From: an uncultured delta proteobacterium
GTDB taxonomy: Bacteria > Desulfobacterota > Binatia > UBA9968
Direction: 5' to 3'
Length of the DNA stretch: 64,000 nucleotides
Assembly: GCA_963840855.1 (NCBI GenBank)
Contig: CAWJBB010000066.1
Coordinates: 1 to 64,000, forward strand
Made by a program: the position numbers and the translations under genes. Below the pieces are notes generated by a model. That model did no database searches and was not told where the DNA came from. It worked only from the letters and a program-made list of their open reading frames with translations. This document shows positions 62,166-64,000 of the stretch, one piece after another. Within the stretch, counting starts at the first letter, position 1; each line of letters opens with the position of its first letter.

Positions 62166-62409
62166 GGTGCCCTCCTCGCTGTCTCGGCGAACGCTAAAAT
62201 AGATCGGGATCGACTTATCCAAAGGGCAAAGCCTCAAACCGTCTCACTTACGGTAATCCATCTCTCGGCGCGCTCTTCGGTAACCAGACCCTGTGAAAAC
62301 GGCGACAGCCTACCTAAGTCGTCGGTGCCTTGTCAAATTAAAACTCAGCGCAAACTTGCCGTCACAAACTTGTTGCGGGGTCATGGCGCGTGGGATAAAA
62401 AATGGCCCT

Positions 62410-62700
62410 ATGGAAGCGGATCGAAACCACGCTCGCGCCCATCTAACGATTCACGGCCGGGTTCAAGGCGTTTATTTCCGCGCTTCGGCGGTGTATGAAG
62501 CGCAAAATCTCGGCCTAACCGGTTGGGTCAGAAATTGTCCCGACGGTTCAGTTGAAGCAGTAGCGGAAGGCCCGAGAGATAAACTTGATGATCTCGTCGC
62601 TTGGTGCCGCAAAGGACCCACCGGCGCCCGGGTAACCCAAGTAGACGTTAGCTGGGCGCCTGCCCAAAATGATTTTCAGGGTTTCGGTATCCGGCGCTAG
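62410..62700 (+). CDS. acyP: Acylphosphatase
   Basis: GRVQGVYFR and GWVRN..DGSVE motifs. Confidence 0.93.
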   Translation: MEADRNHARAHLTIHGRVQGVYFRASAVYEAQNLGLTGWVRNCPDGSVEAVAEGPRDKLDDLVAWCRKGPTGARVTQVDVSWAPAQNDFQGFGIRR

Positions 62701-62768
62701 ACATCCATGCCGCTCAAAATGCTGATCACAGCCGGCTCAGCAAGCCCGGAGAGGAGCGGAGTAAATTT

Positions 62769-62834
62769 CGGGTCCCGCGTCTAGAGTTTAGAGTTTAGTG
62801 TTAACCCAGGACCCTAGACGCGAGACTTTAGACT
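62769..62834. repeat. Inverted GAGTYT/AGACYY heptamer array
   Basis: gcgtctagagtttagagtttag ... ggaccctagacgcgagactttagact, between convergent acyP and rsmI. Confidence 0.75.
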
Positions 62835-62844
62835 AATATCGTGT

Positions 62845-63690
62845 TTAGATATCTTGCTCCGAACTCTTGCTAGCCAGGGCCAGTCTATACACCTCGCGTT
62901 TGGGCAACGCGTGTCGTTCGCCCAGCAACTCCGAGATCTGCTTCACTCCCATCCCTTCCCGTTGCAATCTCTTGATTTCGGCTAACAACAGTTCCTGGGA
63001 AACACGGGACTCAGCAGCCGCCGAGCCGCGGACTATGATCGTGACCTCGCCTTTAATATCGCGCTCGCTGACTTGGCGAATCAAATCGCTCACCGGTGCT
63101 CGGAGAAACTCTTCGTGAAGCTTCGTGATTTCGCGCGCGATAACTAGTTGGCGATCGCCGAGGGAATGGTGTATATCGTCGAGCGTATCTTTGAGCCGGT
63201 GCGGCGCTTCGTAGAAGACCAGCGTTCGCTTTTCATCGCCCAGCGCGAGCAATCTCTCCCGTCTTTCCTTCTTTTTCTCCGGCAAAAATCCTTCGAAAAC
63301 GAAGCGATCGGTGGGTAGCGCCGCGGCACTCAGCGCCGCAGTTAGCGCCGCGGGTCCCGGTATCGGCGTGACCTGAACTGCCGCCGCGACCGCGGCAACC
63401 ACCAGCCGGTAACCGGGATCGGATATGGCCGGCGTTCCGGCATCCGACACCAGCGCGACACGCTCGCCGCGAAACAGGCGTTCGACCAGCGCCGGCGCTT
63501 TGGTTCTCTCGTTGTGCTCATGATAGCTCGTGAGCGGCGTGTGAATATCGTAATGGCTCAAAAGCTTTTGCGTGTGGCGGGTGTCCTCGGCGGCAATCAG
63601 ATCAGCTTCCTTGAGAACCCGCAATGCCCTGAGCGTGATGTCCTCAAGATTGCCGATGGGCGTGGCGACGATGTATAAAACCCCGGCCAT
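62845..63690 (-). CDS. rsmI: 16S rRNA (cytidine1402-2'-O)-methyltransferase
   Basis: ATPIGNLEDIT, AEDTR, SDAGTPAISDPG, YEAPHR and REITKLHEE motifs. Confidence 0.95.
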   Translation of the reverse strand: MAGVLYIVATPIGNLEDITLRALRVLKEADLIAAEDTRHTQKLLSHYDIHTPLTSYHEHNERTKAPALVERLFRGERVALVSDAGTPAISDPGYRLVVAAVAAAVQVTPIPGPAALTAALSAAALPTDRFVFEGFLPEKKKERRERLLALGDEKRTLVFYEAPHRLKDTLDDIHHSLGDRQLVIAREITKLHEEFLRAPVSDLIRQVSERDIKGEVTIIVRGSAAAESRVSQELLLAEIKRLQREGMGVKQISELLGERHALPKREVYRLALASKSSEQDI

Positions 63691-63709
63691 GGTCGAAACC
63701 CTCTGTGCC

Positions 63710-63766
63710 GATCGAGGATGGAATACAGGGGATCGTGCTATTCTCAATCCTCTATTTGCTATTCTC
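63710..63766. repeat. Degenerate GAGGAT/ATCCTC heptamer element
   Basis: gatcgaggatggaata ... tattctc aatcctc tatttgc tattctc. Confidence 0.65.
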
Positions 63767-63774
63767 GACCATCT

Positions 63775-64000
63775 TCACTTGCCCCAGTCCCTCGAATATC
63801 TAAAATCGCGGTCAATCGTCCGCTGGGAGACTTTGGCGATAACGGGGAGGCGTCGTTTGAACTGCGAGGTCATGATCCGCGCGGAAATGTCGTCGATGAA
63901 ATGCTCTGGAAAATCCGCGGCGATCAGTTCCGCGCGGGTATAGCGCTGATCGACCATGAGATAGAACAGGCGATCGACGTCCTCATAACTGAATCCCAAT
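63775..64000 (-). CDS. nadE: NAD+ synthetase, C-terminal part (runs off the window)
   Basis: GFSYEDVD..L and SQFKRRLP motifs. Confidence 0.75.
   Translation of the reverse strand, partial: LGFSYEDVDRLFYLMVDQRYTRAELIAADFPEHFIDDISARIMTSQFKRRLPVIAKVSQRTIDRDFRYSRDWGK

Overview
GC-rich bacterial chromosomal window. Gene content suggests Deltaproteobacteria, probably Candidatus Binatia (inference). It has no rRNA, tRNA, CRISPR array or autonomous mobile element. Layout: (1) 1-17 kb catabolic and transport region (hyuAB-type hydantoinase/oxoprolinase, ABC binding proteins and permease without an ATPase, flavoprotein, gentisate-dioxygenase-like cupin, TctC, a solitary multi-MshEN GspE/PilB ATPase, and VOC/ABM/CMD enzymes). 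(2) phnDCE and a housekeeping block (ilvE, HU, ppx, trmFO, topA, dprA, der, era). (3) A ~900 bp non-coding stretch with a sigma54-like promoter, palindromic activator-like sites and a candidate structured RNA. (4) greA behind a promoter plus leader terminator, followed by a MoxR-DUF58-giant VWA module. (5) A peptide ABC operon interrupted by three catabolic genes, then TPR/LolB-like lipoproteins, ligA, RRM, acyP, rsmI and nadE. The most unusual signal is about 14 short elements at gene junctions, each made of a tandem 7-9-mer array, a spacer and the inverted array. They fall into six unit classes. Several share a CCGAAAC/TCGGAA motif, two are near-copies of each other, and one is read in frame inside a CDS. 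At least eight genes, including essential ligA, carry single-base frameshifts that are most likely sequencing errors.
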